Source: an uncultured Alphaproteobacteria bacterium (GTDB taxonomy: Bacteria; Pseudomonadota; Alphaproteobacteria; Bin95). From it: DNA of 58,277 nt. Positions 37,662-47,047 of the stretch are shown piece after piece. Location: positions 1 through 58,277 of the forward strand of contig CALKDI010000311.1 in the NCBI GenBank assembly GCA_938084065.1, read 5' to 3'. How positions within the stretch are numbered: position 1 is the first letter of the stretch; each line of letters opens with the position of its first letter. The position numbers were made by a program, and so were the translations under genes. Under the pieces are notes generated by a model. That model did no database searches, was not told the origin of the DNA, and saw nothing but the letters and a program-made list of their open reading frames with translations.

Positions 37662-39014
37662 TTAGGCGGCCATCGCTGCGGCTTCGCGGTACAGACTGCG
37701 TGCACCGACATGCTCAAAACCGATGCCGGTGATATCATCCAACAGAATCGCGACCTGGGTCGCGCGACCGGCCCGCATGGCAGAGTCTACCAGCACCTGG
37801 AAGAACAGATCCCGCTGCGCATGACTGCCGCCGATCCGGTGCAATTCGCGGCGCACGGGCCACATCAGGTCGACCGCGCGGGCGTAATCGCCCCTCTGAT
37901 GCGCGACCACGCCCTCAACCACCGGCGCGCCTAGGGTTTCGGTGACAGCACCCAAATTGCTGTGCGCCGCACCCTGGCTCTTCATATTGGCGACCAGCTC
38001 ATCAACCAAATCAAACCGCCCAACAGCGGCCAGAGTCATGGCGTCGTGGGCGCTGCTGAAGGGGTTGGCGTGGTCGGTTGTCCGACCGGCGCAAATCTCC
38101 GCAATGGTATGCCACCGATCCCCGACATCGACGCCGCGCAACTCCAACCGCTTGAGAAGCGAGGCAACATTCTGCAGGTCAATCGTCGCGTCGGGCATAG
38201 CCTTGACCAGCGGTGATTCCGGATTGCGCACTTTCGTATCCAGCAAGTCCAAGATGCGGTCATACTGGCCGCGCTCCATCAGGAACAGGCACAGATGCCA
38301 CCAGCAATGGTGCGCGATCTGGTTGGATGTCGCCCAATTGGCCGACAGCGGCTCCATAAAAGCAATGCCATCGTCCACCCGGGCTTGCATCACATAGGTG
38401 TGAGCGACCGAGTGAGCGCCCCAGGCACTTTCCGGCACACGCTCAACCGCGTCCCGGCCGCAGCGCTCCGATGTCACGTAATCGCCGGCCTCTTCGTTGG
38501 AGAACGCGCGCACGGCCTGGAACTGCGCGAAGTCCAGCATATCCTCTGACCATGCGGGCGCGGCACGCTCAGCGATATCGCGCATCCAGCGGCTTTCACC
38601 GCTCCAAAACAACTCAAATTGGCCTAGGCGGTGCGCGAGGATGTCTGTGGGATTGGTCGCCAAGTGGACTTCCATCACGGCTACACCGCCCGACAAATTA
38701 CCGCCGTTCGCGACCCGCACCGCTTGGGCAAATGCCTGCGTGCGTTTGGAGGCATCGGGCAGCGCCGCCTCGATATCAGCCAGCAGCTCTTGCACCACAG
38801 GCGTAAACTTGGCGGTCCGGGCAGAATGCAGGATCCAGGCTTTGAGCAACTTAGGTTCGACAAAATCCGGGTCGGCTTTGATAGCTGCCCCCAGGTGCAC
38901 CATGGCATCGGCCCGCCAGGCGACAAAAGACCGGGCGCCATCGTCATAAGCTTTGGCGGCATCCGGGTTCGACGTGGAAAGGCCGAAGCCATAGCTGTCT
39001 GTAAGTGCGGTCAT
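37662..39014 (-). CDS. Tetratricopeptide-repeat protein (TTC38-like)
   Basis: 450-aa all-helical protein. The N-terminus ...S.NP.A...YD.G...F..WR.DA......A...DP.F is typical of TTC38-family TPR proteins. No catalytic motif recognised. Confidence 0.7.
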   Translation of the reverse strand: MTALTDSYGFGLSTSNPDAAKAYDDGARSFVAWRADAMVHLGAAIKADPDFVEPKLLKAWILHSARTAKFTPVVQELLADIEAALPDASKRTQAFAQAVRVANGGNLSGGVAVMEVHLATNPTDILAHRLGQFELFWSGESRWMRDIAERAAPAWSEDMLDFAQFQAVRAFSNEEAGDYVTSERCGRDAVERVPESAWGAHSVAHTYVMQARVDDGIAFMEPLSANWATSNQIAHHCWWHLCLFLMERGQYDRILDLLDTKVRNPESPLVKAMPDATIDLQNVASLLKRLELRGVDVGDRWHTIAEICAGRTTDHANPFSSAHDAMTLAAVGRFDLVDELVANMKSQGAAHSNLGAVTETLGAPVVEGVVAHQRGDYARAVDLMWPVRRELHRIGGSHAQRDLFFQVLVDSAMRAGRATQVAILLDDITGIGFEHVGARSLYREAAAMAA

Positions 39015-39078
39015 GTCTGAATAGTGTCCCTAAAAGCTGCACGCGAAACACAGCCTATCAGCAGAGTACGCCAGATGT

Positions 39079-39807
39079 CTAACGGGCAGAAGCCGCTCTG
39101 AAAGCCGCAATCCTCGCCTTGATGCCGGGTATTGCGACTGACCGGGCAAGCGCTGCCATATCCGCGTCGCGGGTATCCGGCCGGGTCACATCGGCCAGGG
39201 CCGCGGTGACGCCCGGTGCTAAGCGGCTATAGCTGCTGGCAAATTCATCCATCACGCCATCCCATCTTTCGGTCTCTGCCAAAGCATCAACCATCCCCAG
39301 GGACAAAGCCTCCTCGGCCTCAACCGGGCGATTTTCAATCTGGATCTGGCGGGCGGCGACTGGTCCTATCCGGTAGGCGAGCCGGCGGGTTCCCAGCACC
39401 ACGCCAAAGCGCGGTCCCGGCATCTGAAAACGCACACCAGGGGCCGCTACCACTCGCATGGCAGCGGCAGCAAGGTCAGCGCCCGCTCCAACAGCACGTC
39501 CTTGCACCAGCGCCAATACCGGCATCGGCGCGTAAAACACGGCCTGCAGCATTTCCTCCACCTGCAGGAAGCGCAGGGCCAAATCGCCGTCAGTCAGGCT
39601 GTCAAAGTCGCCGAAATCGAAGCCGGCACAGAAATGCTTACCCTCACCGCGCAGCACCACAGCCCGGGCGCCTGCTGCCGTCGCCGCAAGAATGGCGTCA
39701 CGGATGCCGTCCGACATCTCCCCTGACAACGCGTTGGCCTTTTCGGGGCGTGAGAGCGAAATGATTGTGACGTTGTCCCGTATTTCGACGGTGACAGGGC
39801 TGGTCAT
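39079..39807 (-). CDS. Enoyl-CoA hydratase/isomerase (crotonase) family protein
   Basis: Crotonase pattern ISLSRPEKANAL...GEGKHFCAGFD...GRAVGAGADLA. Start at ATG 39807, with GGAGG 8 nt upstream. Confidence 0.85.
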   Translation of the reverse strand: MTSPVTVEIRDNVTIISLSRPEKANALSGEMSDGIRDAILAATAAGARAVVLRGEGKHFCAGFDFGDFDSLTDGDLALRFLQVEEMLQAVFYAPMPVLALVQGRAVGAGADLAAAAMRVVAAPGVRFQMPGPRFGVVLGTRRLAYRIGPVAARQIQIENRPVEAEEALSLGMVDALAETERWDGVMDEFASSYSRLAPGVTAALADVTRPDTRDADMAALARSVAIPGIKARIAAFRAASAR

Positions 39808-39848
39808 ATAGGGTGCCTCCAATGGTGAGCTTTGCCGAGAAACCGGCT

Positions 39849-40718
39849 TCAGTAGGGCCGGTCGCCCTGTAGTTGCGTCCGGTAGAGCAGTCGACGGTCG
39901 GTGGCCTCAAAGGCGTCGCGATGGTGAATCACAGCTCGGTTGTCCCACATCAGCAGATCGCCCACCGCCCAGACCTGGCTCCAAACTGGGTTGGACGCAA
40001 CAGCGGCATCCCACAACGCATCTAGCAAGGCCTCGCTTTCGTCGAGCGACAGCCCCATCAGATAGGCGTTGCGGCGGCGGCCAAGGAACAGGCATTTGCG
40101 CCCGGTCTCCGGATGGGTGCGCACCACAGGATGTACGGCACCGGGCAATTCCCGCGGATCATCCATGCCCTCGAACCCCGCCCGGCGCTGGCCGGCGCTG
40201 TTGGTGGATGCATCGTGCTTGCACAGCAGGCCCGCGTCGGCCCGCGCCCGCAGGTCCGCCGGCAAGTTCTCATAGGCCAGGTACATATTGGCGAAATTGG
40301 TGTTGCCGCCGTCCAGAGGGATTTCCTCCGCATAGAGGATGGAGCCGGTTGGCGTTTCCGCCTTATAGCTCATATCGGTATGCCAGATGGCCTCACCATA
40401 GCCGAGCGAGCCGATTGGCTGGCCGTCCTGCTCAATATTGCTCATGACGGCGATGTTGGGATGGTCGGGGATATGCGGCAGGCCCGTCCAGGGGGTGACC
40501 GGCGCCTTATCCAGTTGGCCAAAATAGCCGCTGAAGCGCTCCAAATCCACGAGGGCCAGCGACTGGCCGCGAATCCGAACCACCAGATGGTCGAGCCACG
40601 CGTTGCGGATCGCCTCAACGCTGGCGCTATCGAGCGGCTGAGACAGGTCAACGCCCTCAATATCGGCGCCAAGCGCGCCGCCGGATGGACGGATGCGGAT
40701 TGCGGTGGTGGTGGTCAT
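39849..40718 (-). CDS. TauD/TfdA-family Fe(II)/2-oxoglutarate dioxygenase
   Basis: GA.I.GVDLS.PLD N-terminus, a WHTDMSY (H-x-D) iron motif and a C-terminal WDNRAVIHHR. Confidence 0.88.
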   Translation of the reverse strand: MTTTTAIRIRPSGGALGADIEGVDLSQPLDSASVEAIRNAWLDHLVVRIRGQSLALVDLERFSGYFGQLDKAPVTPWTGLPHIPDHPNIAVMSNIEQDGQPIGSLGYGEAIWHTDMSYKAETPTGSILYAEEIPLDGGNTNFANMYLAYENLPADLRARADAGLLCKHDASTNSAGQRRAGFEGMDDPRELPGAVHPVVRTHPETGRKCLFLGRRRNAYLMGLSLDESEALLDALWDAAVASNPVWSQVWAVGDLLMWDNRAVIHHRDAFEATDRRLLYRTQLQGDRPY

Positions 40719-40826
40719 GGCAGGTTTCTCCCGAACGGAAAATTTTCTGCCTGGAGTTTAGACGCTCGCTTCGTCAATCTCCAGCAATCCGAATTCAAGG
40801 CTCTCAGTTTTAAGGACTATGACAAG

Positions 40827-41780
40827 ATGAAAGTGGGTATCGTTGGCGCTGGAGCTATGGGCTCGATCTATGGCGCGTTAATGACGGATTCGGGCCATGA
40901 GGTCTGGATGTTCGATAAATGGCAGGCGCATGTGGATGCCATGCGGACCAACGGCCTGACCGTCGAAGGCGCGTCCGGCAACCGCACAGTCGCCATCAAC
41001 GCCACGACGGAAGCCAGAGAAGCCGGGCCTTGCGGCGTCGTCATTGTCGCCACCAAGGGCCATGACACCGATGCTGCTGTCGCCGCGGCGCGTGCCATGA
41101 TCGGGCCGGACACAGCCGTATTGTCGCTGCAAAATGGCCTCGGCAACGTTGAGAAAATTCAGGGGCTATTGGGTGACCATCCGGGCGGCGTGCTGGCGGG
41201 TATCGCTGGTGGGTTCGGCGCCAGTATGGTCGGCCCCGGTCATGCGCATCACAATGGCATGCAGGCTATCAATATTGCAGAAGCTGCTGGTGGCTTGACC
41301 GACCGGCTAGAGATCGTGAGAGAGGTCTGGACCTCATCCGGCTTTACCTGCAACACCTATGAGGACATCTGGCCGGTGGTCTGGAGCAAGTTGAACGCCA
41401 ATATCGCGGTCAGCGCCTGCAGTTCACTGTTCGGTCTGCGCACCGGACAGGTCAAGACCAACCCGCATGCGTGGGAATTGTCCAAGGCTTGCGTGCTGGA
41501 GACATCGGCAGTGGCAGCGGCCAAGGGCATCAAATTGCTCTATGATGACCCGGTGCAATGGGTGAGCGATTTTATTGACCAGATGCCTGATGCACGCCCC
41601 AGCATGTATCAGGACGTGATCGCCGGACGCAGGTCCGAGATCGATACTATCCATGGGGGCGTGGTTGCAGAGGGGCAGAAACTCGGTATACCGACGCCCA
41701 CTTGCGCGTTCATGGTCACCGCTGTTCGGGCGCTACAGGAGAAAGCCCTCCAGCTGAGCGACGCCTGCAGCCACGGCTGA
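40827..41780 (+). CDS. 2-dehydropantoate 2-reductase family (PanE/ApbA-like) oxidoreductase
   Basis: MKVGIVGAGAMGSIYG Rossmann start and a C-terminal ketopantoate reductase domain (SMYQDV..GR.SEID.I.G). The upstream part of track ORF 40113-41780 is antisense to tauD. Confidence 0.85.
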   Translation: MKVGIVGAGAMGSIYGALMTDSGHEVWMFDKWQAHVDAMRTNGLTVEGASGNRTVAINATTEAREAGPCGVVIVATKGHDTDAAVAAARAMIGPDTAVLSLQNGLGNVEKIQGLLGDHPGGVLAGIAGGFGASMVGPGHAHHNGMQAINIAEAAGGLTDRLEIVREVWTSSGFTCNTYEDIWPVVWSKLNANIAVSACSSLFGLRTGQVKTNPHAWELSKACVLETSAVAAAKGIKLLYDDPVQWVSDFIDQMPDARPSMYQDVIAGRRSEIDTIHGGVVAEGQKLGIPTPTCAFMVTAVRALQEKALQLSDACSHG

Positions 41781-41803
41781 GGCGCGCCCTAACTGGTGGT
41801 GGC

Positions 41804-41830
41804 AGCCGCGCTACGCGGCTTCTTCTTCTG
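41804..41830 (+). terminator. Candidate intrinsic terminator for the panE-like gene, overlapping the carD 3' end
   Basis: AGCCGCG-cta-CGCGGCT (41804-41820) followed by TCTTCTTCTG. The loop holds the carD stop codon on the other strand. Confidence 0.35.
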
Positions 41831-42443
41831 CCTCAGCGTCGTCTGCCGTCGCTTCTGGGCTATCGGCCGTGCTGTCATCATCGCTGGCGACTTCTTCACC
41901 ATTGGCCTCAGCCTCCGCTGCAGCAGCTGCGGCGCGGGCTGCGGTTGAGGCGGCGCTGAGAATGGTTTCCAGCTTCTCCTGCGCGGTCGCTTCATCCGTG
42001 CGATCAACGGCGGCCAGTTCGCGGGTCAGGCGTTCCAACGCGGCTTGGTAGATTTGCCGTTCGCTGTAGGACTGATCGGGCTGCTCGGCATTGCGGAAGA
42101 GGTCGCGGACAACCTCAGCCACCTGCACCAGGCTGCCGGAGTTGATCTTGGCCTCATATTCCTGTGCGCGGCGACTCCACATGGTGCGTTTGACCCGCAC
42201 CCTGCCCTTCAAGGTCTTCAGCGCGTCGCCCATGTCCTTTTTCGAGGACAGGTTGCGCAGGCCCGCGGCACCAACTTTATCCAGCGGAATCCGCAGGGTC
42301 ATTTTTTCTTTTTCAAACTCGATCACCAGCATATCCAGCTCGAACCCTGCCACTGTCCGGGTCTCAATCGCTGTCACTTTTCCCAGGCCATGGGCCGGGT
42401 AGACAACGAAATCACCAGGTTCGAACTTCGCTTGCTTTGCCAT
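41811..42443 (-). CDS. carD: CarD/CdnL-family transcriptional regulator with an acidic Ala-rich C-terminal extension
   Basis: N-terminal Tudor-like FEPGDFVVYPAHGLGKV..IE and a CarD C-domain, followed by a roughly 45-aa tail (AAAAAEAEANGEEVASDDDSTADSPEATADDAEAEEEAA). Confidence 0.9.
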   Translation of the reverse strand: MAKQAKFEPGDFVVYPAHGLGKVTAIETRTVAGFELDMLVIEFEKEKMTLRIPLDKVGAAGLRNLSSKKDMGDALKTLKGRVRVKRTMWSRRAQEYEAKINSGSLVQVAEVVRDLFRNAEQPDQSYSERQIYQAALERLTRELAAVDRTDEATAQEKLETILSAASTAARAAAAAAEAEANGEEVASDDDSTADSPEATADDAEAEEEAA

Positions 42444-42800
42444 GTTTTTTTTAACCTTTGTCCCTCAGATGCATCGAGGATTCAGATCCATAGAGGTTTG
42501 CGTTGCAACCAAACGAACAAGCGCACCCGACCGGCTTGTGCTTGCACAAGGCCTGGACACGGAATAGCCCCAGCTCAAATCCCTCTCGTTAGCGGCAAGG
42601 CGCGAGTTGCGCTGCTTGACCGCCACGAAACAGACATGAATTGGAGCCAATATGGAGCTTGATCCCTAATCGCAACAGGATGAAAAATCGGGCAGATGCC
42701 GCAACCAACGGCAAATCCACCCGTCATACACCCACAGTATACCATATTCAGCCGCTGATTCCCACCGCTGAATCTAATCTATCAGGTCCGCAACCCAGTG

Positions 42801-43136
42801 TTACGGAGTCCCGGGGCTTGGGTCGAAGTGATTTTTGAACTTGTCGGCGACGCCTTCCCAGTCCTTAGCATCGGCTGGTGCCTCGCCCTTGCGCGTAATG
42901 TTTGGCCAAGCCTCAGAATATTCGCGGTTGAACTCTACCCAATCTTCCGCGCCCGGTTCGGTATCCGGCTTGATCGCGTCGACGGGGCATTCTGGTTCGC
43001 ACACGCCACAGTCGATGCACTCATCAGGATGGATCACCAGCATGTTCGCGCCGACATAGAAACAGTCGACCGGACACACCTCAATGCAATCCATATGCTT
43101 ACAATTGATGCAGTCTTCGTTGACGATATAGGTCAT
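42801..43136 (-). CDS. fdxA: 7Fe ferredoxin FdxA
   Basis: [26 protein letters not shown]...[12 protein letters not shown], the [3Fe-4S][4Fe-4S] cysteine pattern. Confidence 0.93.
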   Translation of the reverse strand: MTYIVNEDCINCKHMDCIEVCPVDCFYVGANMLVIHPDECIDCGVCEPECPVDAIKPDTEPGAEDWVEFNREYSEAWPNITRKGEAPADAKDWEGVADKFKNHFDPSPGTP

Positions 43137-43224
43137 GCAATAGCTCCAAGCGCGCCCCGTCAGATTTCTGTAGGGCAGGCTATAGGCGGAAGGAGACGTT
43201 GTCTAAGCTGCTTTTGTGCCAAAA

Positions 43225-43506
43225 TCAGTCGGCTGGCACCAGTTCCTCGTACAGAAGCCGCGCTTCTGTCGCAGGCCCGCGCCGCGCCCCAAGGGCAATA
43301 ACGCGGACGACGACAATATTGTAGCCCTGCGGGATCGTCAAAACATCGCCCGGTTTCAGCTCATGGCTGGCCTTGCGCACCGGCTGTCGGTTTACCCGAA
43401 CACGGCCTTTGGTCACGAGCTGGGTAGAGATCGCCCGCGTTTTACAGAACCGGGCATATACCAGCCATTTGTCGATCCGTAGGCGCGGTGGTGGTTCTGT
43501 CGTCAT
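43225..43506 (-). CDS. S4-domain RNA-binding protein (Hsp15-like)
   Basis: RIDKWL..ARF.KTR......V..G.VRVN......S..LK.GDVLTI, an S4 alpha-L motif. Its ATG overlaps the helicase stop (ATGA). Confidence 0.85.
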   Translation of the reverse strand: MTTEPPPRLRIDKWLVYARFCKTRAISTQLVTKGRVRVNRQPVRKASHELKPGDVLTIPQGYNIVVVRVIALGARRGPATEARLLYEELVPAD

Positions 43507-46103
43507 CCGGTAGCCTCCGCCAAAGCTAACGCCGCCCGCAGGCCGGCAAAGGGAGAATCGGGGTGGGCCACAGCAGATGCCTGCTGCTTTGGCCGCGTTT
43601 CGGATTTTGGCTTTGGCTTCAGCTTTGAGGGCCGACGCGCAGCAGACCGCTGTTCGGCGCGGGTCTTGCGAGCGTACAGCTTATCGCCAGCTTCCGTCCT
43701 CTCGCCATTTGGGAACAGGCGCAACCGGCGGAAGAGGTAGGGCAATTCCTCAACTGCCACAGCACCCGCCCGCGCCAACTCTGCGTTGGCAATAAGAGGC
43801 CCTGCATCAACCGCTTTGAAGGTCGCTGCCGCAAAGGCCTCCCACCGGTCGATGCGAATCGCGCGGGGGCCGATGATTGTGTAACCCAAGAACCGATACC
43901 AATCTGCATCGAGCTCTTTATCCACTTCCACTGCCGGGTCGCGGGTGATCGTTGGCGCTTCGCAGTCGTGGAACAGACACCACAGCATCAAACGCCAGCG
44001 ATGCGGCGCGCCCCGCAGCAATTGCGGAACATGCAGGCTATCGCGGCCGATGCGCACGCCTTGGCCGGTCAACAATTTGCGCTCCGCTTTGGTGAGTGCT
44101 GCCAATTGGTCATGCAACTCGCGCCGCTCCATCACGCCAGCAGCCTCTGCCAGCCGATAGCCGATGCCGCGCAAGGCTGGCGATCCTTCCAGCGTGCGCA
44201 ATCCTGCCAGCGAGCCCAGACGACGTTGGACTTCCAGATCCAGCCAGGCCTGCATGCGCGCACGCAGGGCCTGTCGGTGCCGGCTGTCGAGCAGCGCGCT
44301 GCCCATAGGCTCAATCCGCGGCTTCAGCCAGTCAGAGCCTTTGACCAACACGCCCAAGGGCTCGCCCACCCAGGTGATCCGGCCATCTTCGTTCAGGCGG
44401 AAATCCTTGTGTTTGGCTTGCGTCACTAGCCCGACACGTCCATCGATTTCCTGGCGTAACACCCGGTTGGCGGCATTCAAAAGTGCGCGCCCGTCTTCAC
44501 CCCGGTCAGCCGAATCAGCCTTGAAGCGGAAGCCGGTCAGCGTGCCGACAACCTCGCCCTCGACGACGACTTCGCCTTCGCTATTCACGCCGCCAATCAG
44601 CTCATCGCCATCGGCGAGGCGGCGGACCAGCACGGCGGTTCGGCGGTCGACAAAGCGTTGGGTCAGGCGCTCATGCAGGGCATCGGACAGCTTGTCCTCA
44701 ATCGCCAACGCCTGTTCCTGCCAATGGGTCGGATCGTCGAGCCAGCCAGTGCGATGGCTGATATAGGTCCAGGTGCGGGTGCCGGCGATCCGCGCCATCA
44801 GCGTGTCGATATCGCCCTCGGTCCGGTCCAGTCGGTTGATGTGGCCGGCGACCCAGTCTGTTGGCAGGCGGCCAGACTCCTCCGAGCGGAATGCAAATAT
44901 GCGCGCCAGCAGCCGCGTGTGCGAATCGGTCAGGGTCTTGGAGAAGTCGGGCACCTGGCAAATATCCCACAGCAATTGCACCGCTGTCTTGCCCGTTGCC
45001 CGTGCCGCAATATCCGGCATCTGCGCCAACGCTTCGAGCGTGCGCTGGTCATCAGCGCGCTGAGTGCGGCGCAGAAACGCATAGGGTGGCTTGGCATCCA
45101 GCGTCCGCATCAGGCCTTTGATGGAGCGGAAATCCAGGTCGATATTGCGCCACATCAACGTCCGCAGCGTCTCAAACTCATGGTTTTCGACCCGATGCAC
45201 CACGTCTTCGGCCATACCTTCGACGCCAGCAGTGGTGCCGAAGGTGCCGTCGGTCATGTGCCGTCCGGCGCGGCCTGCAATCTGGCCGATCTCGCCCGGC
45301 AGCAAATCCCGCATGCGGTTGCCGTCATACTTGGTCAACGCGGAGAACGCGACGTGGCGCACGTCCATGTTCAGGCCCATGCCGATGGCATCTGTCGCCA
45401 CCAGATAATCCACCTCACCCGCCTGATACATGCCCACCTGCGCATTGCGCGCCCGCGGGCTGAGTGCGCCCAGCACCACTGCTGTGCCGCCGCGCTGCCG
45501 GCGCACCAGCTCCGCCAGCCGATACACCTCTGCCGCGGAGAATGCGACGATGGCGGACCGTGGCGGCAGACGGGTCACCTTCCGATGGCCAGCATAGGAG
45601 AGGGTGGAGAATCTTGGCCTGGTGATGAATTCGCAATGGGGCACCAGCTTGCGGATCAGCCAGCGTGCGGTTTCCGAGCCCAGAAACATGGTCTCCGCTT
45701 TGCCGCGGGCATAAAGCAGGCGTTCGGTAAAGATGTGCCCGCGCTCAGAATCCGACGCCATTTGAATTTCGTCGATAGCCAGGAAATCCACATCCAGGTC
45801 CAGCGGCATGCTCTCGACGGTGCAGACGAAATAGCGAGGATGCGGCGGGATAATTTTTTCTTCGCCCGTGACCAGCGCCACCTGGTTGGCGCCCTTCAGC
45901 TTGACGATGCGGTCGTAATTCTCGCGGGCCAACAGGCGCAATGGGAAGCCGATCATGCCTTTTTGATGACCCAGCATGCGCTCGACGGCCAAATAGGTCT
46001 TGCCGGTATTGGTCGGGCCGAGCACAGCCATAACCCGCCCCTCGCCTGGCGGCGGGGCCGGATGGTTATCGTCGGTGGGCCGCCCATATATGGGGTAATC
46101 CAT
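43503..46103 (-). CDS. Suv3-like superfamily-2 RNA helicase with a large uncharacterised C-terminal half
   Basis: Motif I VLGPTNTGKTY and motif II AIDEIQM match the SUV3 helicase signature. Basic C-terminal tail. Start set at ATG 46103, with GGGAG upstream. TTG 46118 is the track start. Confidence 0.85.
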   Translation of the reverse strand: MDYPIYGRPTDDNHPAPPPGEGRVMAVLGPTNTGKTYLAVERMLGHQKGMIGFPLRLLARENYDRIVKLKGANQVALVTGEEKIIPPHPRYFVCTVESMPLDLDVDFLAIDEIQMASDSERGHIFTERLLYARGKAETMFLGSETARWLIRKLVPHCEFITRPRFSTLSYAGHRKVTRLPPRSAIVAFSAAEVYRLAELVRRQRGGTAVVLGALSPRARNAQVGMYQAGEVDYLVATDAIGMGLNMDVRHVAFSALTKYDGNRMRDLLPGEIGQIAGRAGRHMTDGTFGTTAGVEGMAEDVVHRVENHEFETLRTLMWRNIDLDFRSIKGLMRTLDAKPPYAFLRRTQRADDQRTLEALAQMPDIAARATGKTAVQLLWDICQVPDFSKTLTDSHTRLLARIFAFRSEESGRLPTDWVAGHINRLDRTEGDIDTLMARIAGTRTWTYISHRTGWLDDPTHWQEQALAIEDKLSDALHERLTQRFVDRRTAVLVRRLADGDELIGGVNSEGEVVVEGEVVGTLTGFRFKADSADRGEDGRALLNAANRVLRQEIDGRVGLVTQAKHKDFRLNEDGRITWVGEPLGVLVKGSDWLKPRIEPMGSALLDSRHRQALRARMQAWLDLEVQRRLGSLAGLRTLEGSPALRGIGYRLAEAAGVMERRELHDQLAALTKAERKLLTGQGVRIGRDSLHVPQLLRGAPHRWRLMLWCLFHDCEAPTITRDPAVEVDKELDADWYRFLGYTIIGPRAIRIDRWEAFAAATFKAVDAGPLIANAELARAGAVAVEELPYLFRRLRLFPNGERTEAGDKLYARKTRAEQRSAARRPSKLKPKPKSETRPKQQASAVAHPDSPFAGLRAALALAEATG

Positions 46104-46182
46104 CGCCGTCTCCCGCAAGGTCCTCGACTATAGGCCTATGCATAGAGGAGATTCCCCTTGTCAGGCAATGCTGGCTGGTCGC

Positions 46183-46947
46183 TTACCCAAAAGTCCCCCC
46201 ATCAACCCGCAGCGTCGTGCCGGTGGTGAAGCTGGAGGCGTCGGACGCGAAATACAGGGCTGCGCCTACGATCTCTCCCGGTTTGCCGCCGCGTTTCAGC
46301 GCTATATGGGCTTCTGCCCGCTCTGCGAAGGCCTCCGAATGGATCCAACCGACGGAGATATCGGTCTCGAACGGCCCTGGCACGATGCAGTTCACCCGCA
46401 CCTTTGGCCCGTATTCCATGGCGAAGGTGGTGGTCATGTGGTTCAGCGCCCACTTAGCAGCTCCATAAGGTGCTGTCGTCTTATTCGGGTTGAAGGCTGC
46501 GGTAGAGGAGACGTTGATGATGCTGCCACCATCCCCCTCCATCATGCGCTTGCCGACCATGGCAGTGGCGCGGAACGGGCCCTTCAGATTGACGTTAAAC
46601 ACCTTGTCGAACAGCGCCTCGCCCACGTCATTGAGCGATGGGTACAGCGGTGAGAGGCCCGCGTTGTTCACCAACACATCTAGTCGGCCAAAGTGGTCAT
46701 AGGCAGCCTCTACCATGCCCTCCACCTGCTCCCAGTCGCCGACATTGCAGGAATAGGGAAGCGCGCGGCGGCCAAAGCGCTCGCGAATCTCCTCCGCCAA
46801 TTCCTCGCACTGGGGCAATTTTCGGCTGGCGATCACCACATCGGCTCCGGCTTCCGCATAGGCCCGCACCATCTCCCGGCCAAGCCCGCGGCTGCCGCCA
46901 GTCACCAGGGCAATCTTTCCCGTAAGGTCGAAGAGGTTTTTGTACAT
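46183..46947 (-). CDS. Short-chain dehydrogenase/reductase (SDR)
   Basis: TGGSRGLG cofactor motif, NNAG and a YGAAK catalytic motif. Start at ATG 46947 (MYKNLFDLTGK). Confidence 0.88.
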   Translation of the reverse strand: MYKNLFDLTGKIALVTGGSRGLGREMVRAYAEAGADVVIASRKLPQCEELAEEIRERFGRRALPYSCNVGDWEQVEGMVEAAYDHFGRLDVLVNNAGLSPLYPSLNDVGEALFDKVFNVNLKGPFRATAMVGKRMMEGDGGSIINVSSTAAFNPNKTTAPYGAAKWALNHMTTTFAMEYGPKVRVNCIVPGPFETDISVGWIHSEAFAERAEAHIALKRGGKPGEIVGAALYFASDASSFTTGTTLRVDGGTFG

Positions 46948-47047
46948 AAGCTGGCGTATCCCTGTTGCATTCGATCTTGCCCACTGCATCGCAGGCGCTA
47001 GGCTGCCGAGCATACCGATTCCGTCTGCGGCTGCGAGCCCCAAAACC

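Noticed and set aside
40113-40826. Upstream 238 codons of the track ORF that contains the PanE-like gene
   Set aside because: Antisense to the TauD gene. The Rossmann start MKVGIVGAGAMGS at 40827 is the obvious N-terminus.
42575-42745. 56-codon Cys-rich minus-strand ORF (MVYCGCMTGGFAVGCGICPIF...) in the carD upstream region
   Set aside because: It has no SD, its start would sit inside the putative -10 element, its C-terminal half has no protein-like pattern, and it is of a length expected by chance.
44658-46133. 491-aa plus-strand ORF
   Set aside because: Antisense to the Suv3-like helicase. Composition is dominated by R, A, G and Q and there are no recognisable domains. A GC-rich shadow ORF.
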